Below, piece after piece: positions 23,459-32,000 of a DNA stretch of 32,000 nt. The stretch's first letter is position 1. Every line of letters starts with the position of its first letter. Source of the DNA: Synechococcus sp. A15-28 (GTDB lineage: Bacteria; Cyanobacteriota; Cyanobacteriia; PCC-6307; Cyanobiaceae); assembly GCF_014280175.1 (NCBI RefSeq), contig NZ_CP047931.1, positions 870,001 through 902,000 of the forward strand. Direction: 5' to 3'. The notes below the pieces were generated by a model. The model saw only the letters and a list, made by a program, of their open reading frames with translations, had not been told where the DNA came from and searched no databases. The position numbers and the translations under genes were made by a program.

Positions 23459-25093
23459 ATGACGCGGCTGGTGCTGTGTCCGGGCAGCCGTTCCGGTCCA
23501 TTGGCGGCTGCTGCCGGGCTGTTGGCAGCCCGAGGTGATCTGGCGTTGACCACGGCCATTGATGAACGGTCGGCGGCCTTTCTCGCCCTGGGCATGGCCA
23601 CCGCCCGTGGTCGTGCTGTGGCGGTGGTCACCACCTCCGGCACAGCCGTCGCCAACCTGCTGCCGGCAGCCGTTGAAGCCGACCGTTCCACCCAGCCGCT
23701 GCTGCTGCTCACCGCTGATCGCCCCGCCCGGTTGAAAAATTGCGGTGCCAATCAAACCGTGAATCAGGAGCAGTTTCTGCAGCCGGTCTGCCGTTGGCTG
23801 GGCCATGGAGATCCAGCAGGGCTGGCGAGCCAAACGGCGGAAGCCTTGGGCCATCTGGCCACGGAGGCCTGGCGTTTCTGCCATGGCCATCCCCCAGGGC
23901 CGGTGCAGCTCAACCTTCCCTTTGAAGAACCCCTGCATGCCTCGGTCGCTGACCAGAGTGGCCTGCAGGGATCTGCTCCGCTGACCGCTCCAGCCGTTGT
24001 CGTGCAGGGCCCGTCAGGAGATGTTCCCCGGCTCAATCCCGAGGCCCCAGGTGTTGTGGTGGCTGGCCCCTGGCGGGGATTGGCTCCGGCCTTGCAGGCC
24101 TATCAGCGGGCTGCTCGGCAGTGGTTGATCCGCAGTGGCTGGCCGTTGCTGGCGGATCCGCTGGCGGCGATCCCGGCCGACTGTCCTGGGCAGGTGGAGG
24201 GCTGGGAACTGCAGCTCGACAGTCTTCCTCTCAGCTCGAACAGCCAGGTGCTGCGGTTGGGGCCGCTGCCCGCCAGTCGGCGGTTGGAAGCCTGGTTGCA
24301 GCGGCAGACGGGCCCGCAACTGCTGATCAGCGAAGGGGAGCCGCGCGGTCTGGACCCCCTGGGCATGGCTGCTCAATGGAGTGGTGGCCTGGCGGCCTGG
24401 TGGGCGGCACAGGAGCAGGACCCCGCTGCAAGTCCGTCGTTGGATCGTCCGACGCTTCACTCCGACATGGCAGCGCTGCTGCAGGGGCGACTGCCTCTGC
24501 AGGGGGCCATCAATGAACCCGCCCTGGCTTATTGGTTGCCGAAGCTGCTGCCGCCGAAGCTGCCGGTGATGCTGGCGGCCAGCTCCCCCGTGCGGGACTG
24601 GCTGGTCTGGGGGGGGCTTCAGGCCCACAACCGCCGCTGCTACAGCTTCCGCGGCGCATCCGGCATTGATGGGACCCTTTCCTTAGCCATGGGTCTAGCG
24701 CTGGAGCTGGGTCCCCTGGTGCTGGTGACGGGGGACCTGGCCCTGCTGCATGACAGCAATGGCTGGCTCCATGCCGCCCAATGCGATCCACCCCTGCTGG
24801 TGCTGCTGATCGACAACCAGGGCGGCGGCATCTTCCAGCAGCTGCCGATTGAGTCCCGCCAGTTCGACCGTCTCTTCGCCATGCCCCAACGGGTCAATCC
24901 CCTGGCCCTGGCGGCAGCCCACGGCATTGAGGGACGGCAGGTGGCCTGCCTGGAGGACCTGCCCGCTGCCCTCGACTGGGGACTGGCCCAGGGGCGGCCG
25001 GCACTGCTGCGGCTGGCGACGGACCGAGGGGCCGATGCCTCCCTGCGGAGTCAGCTGCGGGCCGCTGCGCAGAATGCAGAGCCGATGCTCTGA
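23459..25093 (+). CDS. menD: SEPHCHC synthase (2-succinyl-5-enolpyruvyl-6-hydroxy-3-cyclohexene-1-carboxylate synthase), ThDP-dependent
   Basis: [10 protein letters not shown]-terminal PYR-domain motif and a ThDP-binding GDLA...N region near the C-terminus. The true start is probably upstream of the first ATG (see findings), and 23459 is the first canonical start. Confidence 0.85.
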   Translation: MTRLVLCPGSRSGPLAAAAGLLAARGDLALTTAIDERSAAFLALGMATARGRAVAVVTTSGTAVANLLPAAVEADRSTQPLLLLTADRPARLKNCGANQTVNQEQFLQPVCRWLGHGDPAGLASQTAEALGHLATEAWRFCHGHPPGPVQLNLPFEEPLHASVADQSGLQGSAPLTAPAVVVQGPSGDVPRLNPEAPGVVVAGPWRGLAPALQAYQRAARQWLIRSGWPLLADPLAAIPADCPGQVEGWELQLDSLPLSSNSQVLRLGPLPASRRLEAWLQRQTGPQLLISEGEPRGLDPLGMAAQWSGGLAAWWAAQEQDPAASPSLDRPTLHSDMAALLQGRLPLQGAINEPALAYWLPKLLPPKLPVMLAASSPVRDWLVWGGLQAHNRRCYSFRGASGIDGTLSLAMGLALELGPLVLVTGDLALLHDSNGWLHAAQCDPPLLVLLIDNQGGGIFQQLPIESRQFDRLFAMPQRVNPLALAAAHGIEGRQVACLEDLPAALDWGLAQGRPALLRLATDRGADASLRSQLRAAAQNAEPML

Positions 25094-25098
25094 AGCTG

Positions 25099-25968
25099 AT
25101 GGCCGAGTCACAGCAGGTGCTCCCCGGTGACCCCGCAGCCCAGTGGCAACCCTGGGGGAGCTACACCGACATCCTGGTGGACCGCTGCAGCGAGGGCATC
25201 GCCCGGGTGGCGATCAACCGCCCCGCCAAGCGCAATGCCTTTCGGCCTCAGACCGTGGTGGAGCTCTGCGATGCCTTCAGCCGCATCCGCGATGACCGCG
25301 AGATCGGCGTGGTGCTGTTCACCGGCGTCGGCCCTGCCCCGGATGGTGGTTACGCCTTCTGCTCCGGCGGTGATCAGAGCGTGCGGGGTGACGGCGGCTA
25401 TGTCGGCGACGACGGCCTTCCACGCCTCAATGTGCTGGATCTGCAGCGGATCATCCGCAGCCTGCCCAAGGTGGTGATCGCCCTGGTGGCGGGATACGCC
25501 ATGGGGGGTGGCCAGGTGCTGCATCTGCTCTGTGACCTGAGCCTGGCGGCGGACAACGCTGTCTTCGGGCAGACCGGCCCCAAGGTGGGCAGTTTTGACG
25601 GCGGGTTCGGAGCCGGCTATCTCGCCAGGGTGGTGGGGCAGCGCAAAGCGCGGGAGATCTGGTTCCTTTGCCGGCGTTACGGCGCGGACGAGGCCCTGCG
25701 GATGGGGTTGGTCAATGGCGTGGTCCCCCTGGATCAACTGGAGGCCGAGGGGGTGCGCTGGGCCCGGGAGGTGTTGCAGCACAGTCCGACGGCGATCCGT
25801 TGCCTCAAGGCGGCGTTCAACGCGGAGACCGATGGGCTGGCCGGCATCCAGGAGCTGGCCGGTAACGCGACCCATCTGTTTTATCGAACCGATGAGGCGC
25901 TGGAGGGCCGCAACGCCTTCCTCGAGAAGCGCCCCCCTGACTTCTCTGAAACCGGCTGGCTACCTTGA
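25099..25968 (+). CDS. menB: 1,4-dihydroxy-2-naphthoyl-CoA synthase
   Basis: Crotonase fold with MenB-typical FCSGGDQ and GYAMGGG motifs and the C-terminal [10 protein letters not shown]. It starts 5 nt after menD. Confidence 0.9.
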   Translation: MAESQQVLPGDPAAQWQPWGSYTDILVDRCSEGIARVAINRPAKRNAFRPQTVVELCDAFSRIRDDREIGVVLFTGVGPAPDGGYAFCSGGDQSVRGDGGYVGDDGLPRLNVLDLQRIIRSLPKVVIALVAGYAMGGGQVLHLLCDLSLAADNAVFGQTGPKVGSFDGGFGAGYLARVVGQRKAREIWFLCRRYGADEALRMGLVNGVVPLDQLEAEGVRWAREVLQHSPTAIRCLKAAFNAETDGLAGIQELAGNATHLFYRTDEALEGRNAFLEKRPPDFSETGWLP

Positions 25969-25972
25969 GCTA

Positions 25973-26518
25973 ATGCTTCCGGTCACCCTCCCAGAACCCT
26001 TGCCCCTGCTGCAGGCGGCCTCGATGGATTCGGTGATGGAAGCCCTGGCGTCGCTGCCGGCGGAACTGCGTGATCAGCAGGATCGCCACATCGTTCTGCT
26101 GCGGGGGCGGCGGCGTCTGCTGCTGCTTGAAAACGGAGATTTGCGTCTCGCCTTTCCCGTGGCCACCGGCATGCCCGGGTGGGAGACCCCCACCGGCAGT
26201 TTTGCGGTGTTTCAGAAAATCGATCGCCCCGTCTGGGTGCATCCCGTCACCGGTGAGCGGGTGGAGGAGCAGGGGCCGGACAACCCCCTCGGCAGCCACT
26301 GGATGGCCTTCCATCGCGACTGTCTTGGCCGCGATGCCCATGACGGCGATCAGTGGATCACGATCAACGGTTGCACCACCACTGGCTTCCATGGCACCCC
26401 CCATCGCTGGACCGTGGGCCGGGCCATTTCCCATGGCTGTGTGCGTCTCTACAACGAGGACGTGAGCAGCCTCTACGGGCAGGTGACGATCGGCACGCCC
26501 GTGACGGTGCTGCCCTGA
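25973..26518 (+). CDS. L,D-transpeptidase (YkuD domain) protein
   Basis: ATG at 25973. Catalytic HGTP...SHGCVRL motif. The upstream part of ORF 25595..26518 is an alternative frame of menB. Confidence 0.8.
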   Translation: MLPVTLPEPLPLLQAASMDSVMEALASLPAELRDQQDRHIVLLRGRRRLLLLENGDLRLAFPVATGMPGWETPTGSFAVFQKIDRPVWVHPVTGERVEEQGPDNPLGSHWMAFHRDCLGRDAHDGDQWITINGCTTTGFHGTPHRWTVGRAISHGCVRLYNEDVSSLYGQVTIGTPVTVLP

Positions 26519-26573
26519 GCCGGCAGATCGACGAATTCCCCTTAAAGTCGCCGCGCCAACGCCGATTTCATCC

Positions 26574-28115
26574 ATGCGCATCCTCTTCGCTGCCGCGGAA
26601 TGCGCCCCGATGATCAAGGTCGGTGGCATGGGGGATGTGGTCGGATCCCTGCCGCCGGCTCTGGCTCGGCTTGACCATGACGTGCGGCTGATCATGCCCG
26701 GCTACTCCAAGCTCTGGAGCAAGCTGACGATCTCCGAAGAACCCATCTGGCGCGCCCGGACGATGGGGACGGAATTTGCGGTTTACGAGACCAAGCATCC
26801 CGGCAATGGGATGACCATCTACCTGGTGGGCCATCCGGTGTTCGATCCCGAGCGGATCTACGGCGGTGAAGACGAGGACTGGCGCTTCACCTTCTTCGCC
26901 AGTGCCGCCGCTGAATTCGCCTGGAACGTCTGGAAACCGAATGTTCTTCACTGCCACGACTGGCACACCGGCATGATCCCGGTCTGGATGCACCAGGACC
27001 CCGAGATCAGCACGGTCTTCACCATCCACAACCTCAAGTACCAGGGCCCCTGGCGCTGGAAGCTGGACCGCATCACCTGGTGCCCCTGGTACATGCAGGG
27101 TGACCACACCATGGCCGCAGCCCTGCTCTACGCCGATCGGGTCAACGCCGTGTCCCCCACCTACGCCGAGGAAATCCGCACGGCGGAGTACGGCGAAAAG
27201 CTGGACGGGTTGCTCAATTTCGTCTCCGGCAAGCTGCGCGGCATCCTCAACGGCATCGACCTCGACGCCTGGAACCCCCAGATCGACCGGGCTCTGCCGG
27301 CCACCTTCAGTGCCGATGACCTCTCCGGTAAAGCGGTCTGCAAGCGGGTGCTGCAGGAGCGCATGGGCCTGCAGGTTCGTGATGACGCCTTTGTGCTCGG
27401 CATGGTGAGCCGACTGGTGGATCAGAAGGGTGTTGATCTGCTTCTGCAGGTGGCAGACCGCGTGCTGGCTTACACCGACACGCAGATCGTGGTGCTCGGC
27501 ACCGGCGACCGTGGTCTGGAATCCGGCCTGTGGCAGTTGGCCTCCCGCCATGCCGGCCGTTGCGCTGTCTTCCTCACCTACGACGACGACCTCTCCCGCC
27601 TGATCTACGCCGGCAGTGACGCCTTCCTGATGCCCAGCCGCTTCGAGCCCTGTGGCATCAGCCAGTTGTATGCCATGCGCTACGGCTCCGTTCCCGTGGT
27701 GCGCAAGGTGGGCGGCCTGGTGGACACCGTTCCTCCCCACAGCCCCGCCGATGCCAGCGGGACCGGTTTCTGCTTCGATCGCTTCGAGCCGGTGGACTTC
27801 TACACCGCCCTGGTGCGGGCCTGGGAGGCCTATCGCCATCGCGACAGCTGGCAGGCGTTGCAGAAGCGCGGCATGCAGCAGGACTACAGCTGGGACCGCT
27901 CCGCCATCGATTACGACGTCATGTACCGCGATGTCTGCGGTCTGAAGGAACCCACCCCCGATGCTGCGATGGTGGAACACTTCTCCCAAGGACAGGCGGC
28001 GGATCCCTCCCGCCCTGAGGATGATGGACTGACTGTGGCTCCCGCAGCGGTCTCCGCACCGTCTGGCCCGAGCCGCAATCCCCTCAACCGTCTCTTCGGC
28101 CGCAGGGCCGGCTGA
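26574..28115 (+). CDS. glgA: Glycogen synthase (ADP-glucose type)
   Basis: [27 protein letters not shown] (K-x-GG motif) and GT5/GT1 C-terminal motifs ([18 protein letters not shown]). Confidence 0.92.
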   Translation: MRILFAAAECAPMIKVGGMGDVVGSLPPALARLDHDVRLIMPGYSKLWSKLTISEEPIWRARTMGTEFAVYETKHPGNGMTIYLVGHPVFDPERIYGGEDEDWRFTFFASAAAEFAWNVWKPNVLHCHDWHTGMIPVWMHQDPEISTVFTIHNLKYQGPWRWKLDRITWCPWYMQGDHTMAAALLYADRVNAVSPTYAEEIRTAEYGEKLDGLLNFVSGKLRGILNGIDLDAWNPQIDRALPATFSADDLSGKAVCKRVLQERMGLQVRDDAFVLGMVSRLVDQKGVDLLLQVADRVLAYTDTQIVVLGTGDRGLESGLWQLASRHAGRCAVFLTYDDDLSRLIYAGSDAFLMPSRFEPCGISQLYAMRYGSVPVVRKVGGLVDTVPPHSPADASGTGFCFDRFEPVDFYTALVRAWEAYRHRDSWQALQKRGMQQDYSWDRSAIDYDVMYRDVCGLKEPTPDAAMVEHFSQGQAADPSRPEDDGLTVAPAAVSAPSGPSRNPLNRLFGRRAG

Positions 28116-28117
28116 TC

Positions 28118-28768
28118 TTGCCCAACCTCCCGGCGCCCTACGTCAGCCCCTGGAAGGAGTTCGCCCGCAACCTTCGGGCTCTCTGGGCTGATCTGGGGTT
28201 GCGTGGTCGGGAGCTCTGGCGTCGCAACGGCGAGGGGGACCTCCCCATCCCGGGGTTCTGGCCCGATGGACTGGCGGCCTGGTTCTGGCCTGCCGTCGTG
28301 GCCCTGGTGTTGGCTACCATGGTGTCTGCAGGGGTTGTGATCAAAGGCAGCTCAAGGCAGCAGGCCAGTCCACCTCCGCCACCCCCGGTGGCGATCCGCG
28401 AACTTCCGGCCCCTGATCCGATCCCCGTGGAGGAGCCCGAGGTGATCCTTCCTGAGCCAGAGCCGACGCCGCCACCGCTGCGCATCGATCCGTTGCTGGA
28501 GCTGTTTCTGGACGGTTCGGCTCCAGAGGATCTGTTGCTGGCGGCCCAGCCCGATGCGGTGAACAACCGCCTGCTGCTTCGCCTGGCCGAAAGCTGGTGG
28601 GAGCTGACGGATGCCCGCCGCCAGGAGCTGGCGCAGGCCTGGCAGGACCGCTCGACGGATCAGGGCTACGGCGCGTTGCGCTTGCTGGATCGCGACGATC
28701 AGTTGATCGGGAGGTCAGCTCAGGTCGGCAGCGGCATGATCCTGTTCAACACTCCAGCGCCGGCATGA
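28118..28768 (+). CDS. Hypothetical Pro-rich membrane protein
   Basis: TTG start 2 nt after the glgA stop. One TM segment (WFWPAVVALVLATMVSAGVVI) is followed by a Pro/Glu-rich linker and a helical C-terminal domain. Its stop overlaps the murF start (ATGA). Confidence 0.55.
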   Translation: MPNLPAPYVSPWKEFARNLRALWADLGLRGRELWRRNGEGDLPIPGFWPDGLAAWFWPAVVALVLATMVSAGVVIKGSSRQQASPPPPPPVAIRELPAPDPIPVEEPEVILPEPEPTPPPLRIDPLLELFLDGSAPEDLLLAAQPDAVNNRLLLRLAESWWELTDARRQELAQAWQDRSTDQGYGALRLLDRDDQLIGRSAQVGSGMILFNTPAPA

Positions 28769-30114
28769 CTCTGCGGATCCAGCAGCTGATTGATCGTTGG
28801 GGGAAACCGGATGGTGCTGTGGCGAATCCACAGCAGACACTGGGGCCGGTCTGCACCGACAGCCGCCGTCTGACGGCTGGCGATTTCTTTGTTCCCCTTG
28901 TGGGGGAACGCTTCGATGGTCACCGTTTCCTGGAGCAGCTCCCGCTGTTGGGCGCCCAGGGGGCCGTGGTGTCGATGGGCTGGACAGGCGCCATGCCCGA
29001 TGGGCTGCTGCATTGGCGGGTGGATGACACCCTGGTGGCCTATCAGCAGCTGGCGTTGTGGCATCGCCGGTCGCTGGGGCTGCCCCTGGTGGCGGTGACC
29101 GGTTCCGCCGGCAAAACCACGACCCGTGAATTGATTCGGTCGGTTCTGGCACCGCTCGGAGCCATCCAGGCCAGTGAGGGCAACAACAACAACGACGTTG
29201 GCGTCCCCCTCACCGTGCTGGGAACGGGGGCGGGTGATGCTGCGGTGGTGATCGAGATGGGCATGCGGGGGCCGGGCGAGATCGCCCGGTTGTCCCGCTG
29301 CACCGAACCGGATGTGGCGGTGATCACCAACATCGGTACCGCCCATATCGGTCGTCTCGGAAGCCGCGAGGCCATCGCCGCTGCCAAGTGTGAGATCACG
29401 GCCGCCCTCAATCCGCAGGGGGTGGTGGTGATCCCCGCCGGCGATCCTTTACTGGAGCAGTCTCTCGCGTCCGTCTGGTCGGGACGGGTGCTGCGGGTGT
29501 GCTTGGAGGATGATCCGGACATCACTGCCGACCTGATCGGCGTCGTCCAGGGTGATCACCTCCTCGTGGACGACGTTTCGATTCCCCTGCCGCTGGAGGG
29601 TCGTCATAACGCCCGCAATCTGCTGCTGGCCCTGGCAGTGGGGTCCCATCTGGGGGTTGAGCTGGCCACCGCAGCGCAGCTGCAGGTGGATGTTCCCGGC
29701 GGTCGCAATCGATGCCTGCAACAGGGCGGACTCACCCTGCTGGATGAGACCTACAACGCTTCACCCGAGGCGGTGCTGGCGGCTCTGGACCTTCTCGCTG
29801 ATCAGCCGGGCCGGCGCTTCGCCGTGCTGGGCACGATGTTGGAGCTGGGGGATCGCAGCGTTGCCCTCCATCAGCAGGTGGCGGCCAGGGCCGCCGCATT
29901 GAAGCTGGATGGTCTGGTACTGGTGGATGGCGGTGAGGAGGGTCAGGCCATGGCGGAGGTTGCTGCCGGTCTGGATTGCCTTTCCCTGGTGGTAACCCCT
30001 GAACAAGCCGCTGTCCCACTGGGGCAATGGCTGCAGGCCGGCGATGTGGTGCTGCTCAAGGCCAGCCGCGGCGTCGCACTCGAGCGGTTGATCCCCCTGC
30101 TGCCTGCGGTTTAG
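28765..30114 (+). CDS. murF: UDP-N-acetylmuramoyl-tripeptide--D-alanyl-D-alanine ligase
   Basis: ATG at 28765 gives 449 aa. Mur ligase P-loop [10 protein letters not shown] and MurF-like N- and C-terminal domains. The ORF-track N-terminal extension overlaps the previous gene. Confidence 0.9.
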   Translation: MTLRIQQLIDRWGKPDGAVANPQQTLGPVCTDSRRLTAGDFFVPLVGERFDGHRFLEQLPLLGAQGAVVSMGWTGAMPDGLLHWRVDDTLVAYQQLALWHRRSLGLPLVAVTGSAGKTTTRELIRSVLAPLGAIQASEGNNNNDVGVPLTVLGTGAGDAAVVIEMGMRGPGEIARLSRCTEPDVAVITNIGTAHIGRLGSREAIAAAKCEITAALNPQGVVVIPAGDPLLEQSLASVWSGRVLRVCLEDDPDITADLIGVVQGDHLLVDDVSIPLPLEGRHNARNLLLALAVGSHLGVELATAAQLQVDVPGGRNRCLQQGGLTLLDETYNASPEAVLAALDLLADQPGRRFAVLGTMLELGDRSVALHQQVAARAAALKLDGLVLVDGGEEGQAMAEVAAGLDCLSLVVTPEQAAVPLGQWLQAGDVVLLKASRGVALERLIPLLPAV

Positions 30115-31463
30115 GCCGAACGGTCCGCCCAACCCTCCTTGCTCATCTGCCGGGCGCGACCGATGGCCAGGGCACCATCGGGCACATCCTTGGTGATCGT
30201 CGAACCAGCACCAACCGTCACCTTGGCCCCCAGGTTCACCGGGGCCACCAGCACCGAATTGGCACCGGTCTTGCTGCCATCGCCGATCACCGTGCGGTGC
30301 TTGCGCACCCCGTCGTAATTGGCGGTGATCGTGCCGGCTCCCACATTGACGTTCTGCCCGAGGCTGGCGTCGCCGATGTAGCTGAGGTGGTTCACCTTGG
30401 TGCCAGCCCCCAGCTGACTCTTCTTCACCTCCACGAAGTTGCCGATCCGGCAACCATCGCCGACATCCGCGGCGGGGCGCAGGTGCGCAAAAGGGCCGAT
30501 GGCGACACCGTTCCCCACCGTTGCCTCCCGAATGACGGACTGCAGCACGGTGACGTTGTTGCCGAGCTCTGCATCCTCCAGCAGGCTGCCGGGTCCAAGG
30601 CGGCAGTTGTCGCCGATCCGGCAAACACCGCGCAGATGGGTTTGCGGTTCGATCACCACATCGCGACCGAATCGGCAGTTCTCGCTGAGGGTGCAGCTGC
30701 CTGGATCGACGAAGGTGACGCCCTCCGCCATCCAGTGGTCCCGCAGGCGCTGCTGCAACACCGCTTCGCACTGGGCCAGCTGCTTGCGGTTGTTGATGCC
30801 GTTCACCTCATCGGGATCGGCGACTTCCACATGCATGGCCAGCGGCAGCATCGCCACGGTGTCCGTCAGGTAGAGCTCCCCCTGATCGTTGTCCGAGCTC
30901 AGCTTCGGCAGCACCTCCGCCAGGGCCCGCCAGTTGAAGCAGTAGATGCCCGCGTTGGTGAGATTGTTGCCCCGCTGCTCCTCGGAGCAGTCGCGGTGCT
31001 CAACGATGCCGCTCACCTTGCCCTCGGCATCGGCAAACACCCGTCCATACCCCGTCGGGTCCTCCAGCCGAGCTGTCAGCAGGGTCACATCCGCCCCGCT
31101 GCGTCTGTGACCGCTCACCAGGGAATCAATCGTCTCCGCCCGCAGCAGGGGAACGTCGCCGTTGAGCACCAGAAGTTCACCCTCGAACCCCTCCATCACC
31201 GGCAGCAACTGCTGAACTGCATGGCCGGTGCCGTTCTGGGGCTGCTGCAGCACTAATTCCAGTCCGCCGATGGCTGAGAGCTGCTCCTCCACCCGTTCGG
31301 CCTGATGCCCCACGATCAGCAGGCATCGTTCCGGCTGAAGGTTGGCGGCACTGGCGAGCACCCGTTCCACGAGGGTGGCGCCGGCCAGGGGTTGCAGCAC
31401 CTTGGGCAGAGCGCTCTTCATCCGGGTGCCCTTTCCAGCGGCCAGAACGGCGACGGCAAGCAT
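30111..31463 (-). CDS. glmU: Bifunctional GlcNAc-1-P uridyltransferase / GlcN-1-P acetyltransferase
   Basis: N-terminal LAAGKGTRM nucleotidyltransferase motif and a C-terminal left-handed beta-helix of hexapeptide repeats. Its stop codon interlocks with the murF stop (TTAG at 30111-30114). Confidence 0.92.
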   Translation of the reverse strand: MLAVAVLAAGKGTRMKSALPKVLQPLAGATLVERVLASAANLQPERCLLIVGHQAERVEEQLSAIGGLELVLQQPQNGTGHAVQQLLPVMEGFEGELLVLNGDVPLLRAETIDSLVSGHRRSGADVTLLTARLEDPTGYGRVFADAEGKVSGIVEHRDCSEEQRGNNLTNAGIYCFNWRALAEVLPKLSSDNDQGELYLTDTVAMLPLAMHVEVADPDEVNGINNRKQLAQCEAVLQQRLRDHWMAEGVTFVDPGSCTLSENCRFGRDVVIEPQTHLRGVCRIGDNCRLGPGSLLEDAELGNNVTVLQSVIREATVGNGVAIGPFAHLRPAADVGDGCRIGNFVEVKKSQLGAGTKVNHLSYIGDASLGQNVNVGAGTITANYDGVRKHRTVIGDGSKTGANSVLVAPVNLGAKVTVGAGSTITKDVPDGALAIGRARQMSKEGWADRSA

Positions 31464-31620
31464 TAGGAGTGAACAGCAAGGAAAGGAATCTACCTTTCTT
31501 TAGATGATCATGTCAGGATCATGAGTCAAGTTTGAGATGAGTGGAACGGCGTTCGGTTGACGTTTTGAAAACTCGCAATCAGTATTAGCGAGATTCCACG
31601 TTAAGAGTAGATCATTTGCG

Positions 31621-32000
31621 ATGGCAACTTTACGTCTTCCGACTACAGGCTCAGTTGTGACTGGTACGCAGCAGGATGATCTGTTGATTATTCCTTCTGG
31701 TTTTGCTCATTCCTCTAAATTCCTTGCCGAAGCTGGCTCTGACAGTGTCTAATTCTCTGTTGGTATACTTTCTGCAATTGATTTCAATGTTCAATTGCAA
31801 GGTGGTCCAGATAAATTTGTTGTCAGCGGTATTACCTTAAAGAGTTCTATTGTAAATGGTGGTGCTGGTTCAGACGTTATAGAATTTTGGATTCAAATGT
31901 TACCGCTATAACTGTTTATGGTGGATATGGAAGTGATGTAATACATGCAAAGTCTTCGAATCTCTCAAATGTTAGGGCGGGTGCAGGTGCGGATATTATC
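31621..32000 (+). pseudogene. Disrupted (or mis-assembled) RTX-like Gly/Asp repeat protein gene, runs off the window end
   Basis: ATG at 31621 is followed by an in-frame TAA at 31750-31752. The same frame continues (..NGGAGSDVIEF..) to TAA at 31909-31911. Another frame then reads LDSNVTAITVYGGYGSDVIHAKSSNLSNVRAGAGADII to the window edge. GGxGxDxI-type motifs occur in each piece. The region is AT-rich. Confidence 0.5.

Noticed and set aside
22766-23938. Extended 390-aa version of the lepB ORF, and other ORFs antisense to menD (23449..23751, 23764..24036, 24014..24628, 24695..25111)
   Set aside because: The signal-peptidase homology begins at the ATG at 23359. Everything upstream is antisense to the well-conserved menD frame.
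25108-31256. Very long antisense or alternative-frame ORFs over menB, glgA, murF and glmU (25108..25875, 25970..26695, 26568..27989, 28720..29346, 29761..30771, 30027..31256)
   Set aside because: Each overlaps a gene with unambiguous family motifs on the other strand or frame. Long stop-free antisense frames are expected at this GC content. None shows recognisable domains.

Overview
The window looks like a high-GC marine picocyanobacterial chromosome segment (Synechococcus/Cyanobium type). This is inferred from gene content: phylloquinone menD/menB, glgA, DUF760-, DUF4336- and DUF3721-like proteins, and GC-rich third codon positions. It has three parts. (1) 1-9550 is core DNA. It holds a zinc-uptake neighbourhood: divergent znuCB / znuA around a near-perfect Fur/Zur-type palindrome, an exported His/Asp-rich protein that looks like an outer-membrane beta-barrel, and a three-gene operon of PF03773-type permease, TIGR03943-type partner and an exported protein. 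rsmE and several small exported or membrane proteins follow. (2) About 9640-21250 is an accessory region of visibly lower GC. It is bounded and subdivided by reiterated copies of the upstream region and first ~24 codons of the DUF4336-like gene at 21181. Each copy is fused at an identical 26-nt core to a conserved ~73-nt arm, which is the signature of serial site-specific integration at the 5' end of that gene. No recombinase is present. One segment carries a methyltransferase / FAD-oxidoreductase / type III polyketide synthase operon (alkylresorcinol or hierridin-like). The next carries a complete seven-gene Nit1C nitrilase cluster (flavin monooxygenase, MSMEG_0572-like, nitrilase, radical SAM, GNAT, AIR-synthase-like, MSMEG_0570-like) plus DUF1348- and DUF3050-like genes. 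The chemistry of Nit1C is still unresolved. (3) 21181-31463 is core DNA again: DUF4336, DUF760, lepB, menD, menB, L,D-transpeptidase, glgA, murF and glmU. The last ~540 nt are AT-rich and hold a broken RTX-like repeat gene. No tRNA, rRNA, CRISPR array, transposase or integrase was recognised. All coordinates and alignments were worked out by eye from the sequence and ORF track. Family names are recognised from motifs and memory, not from searches.
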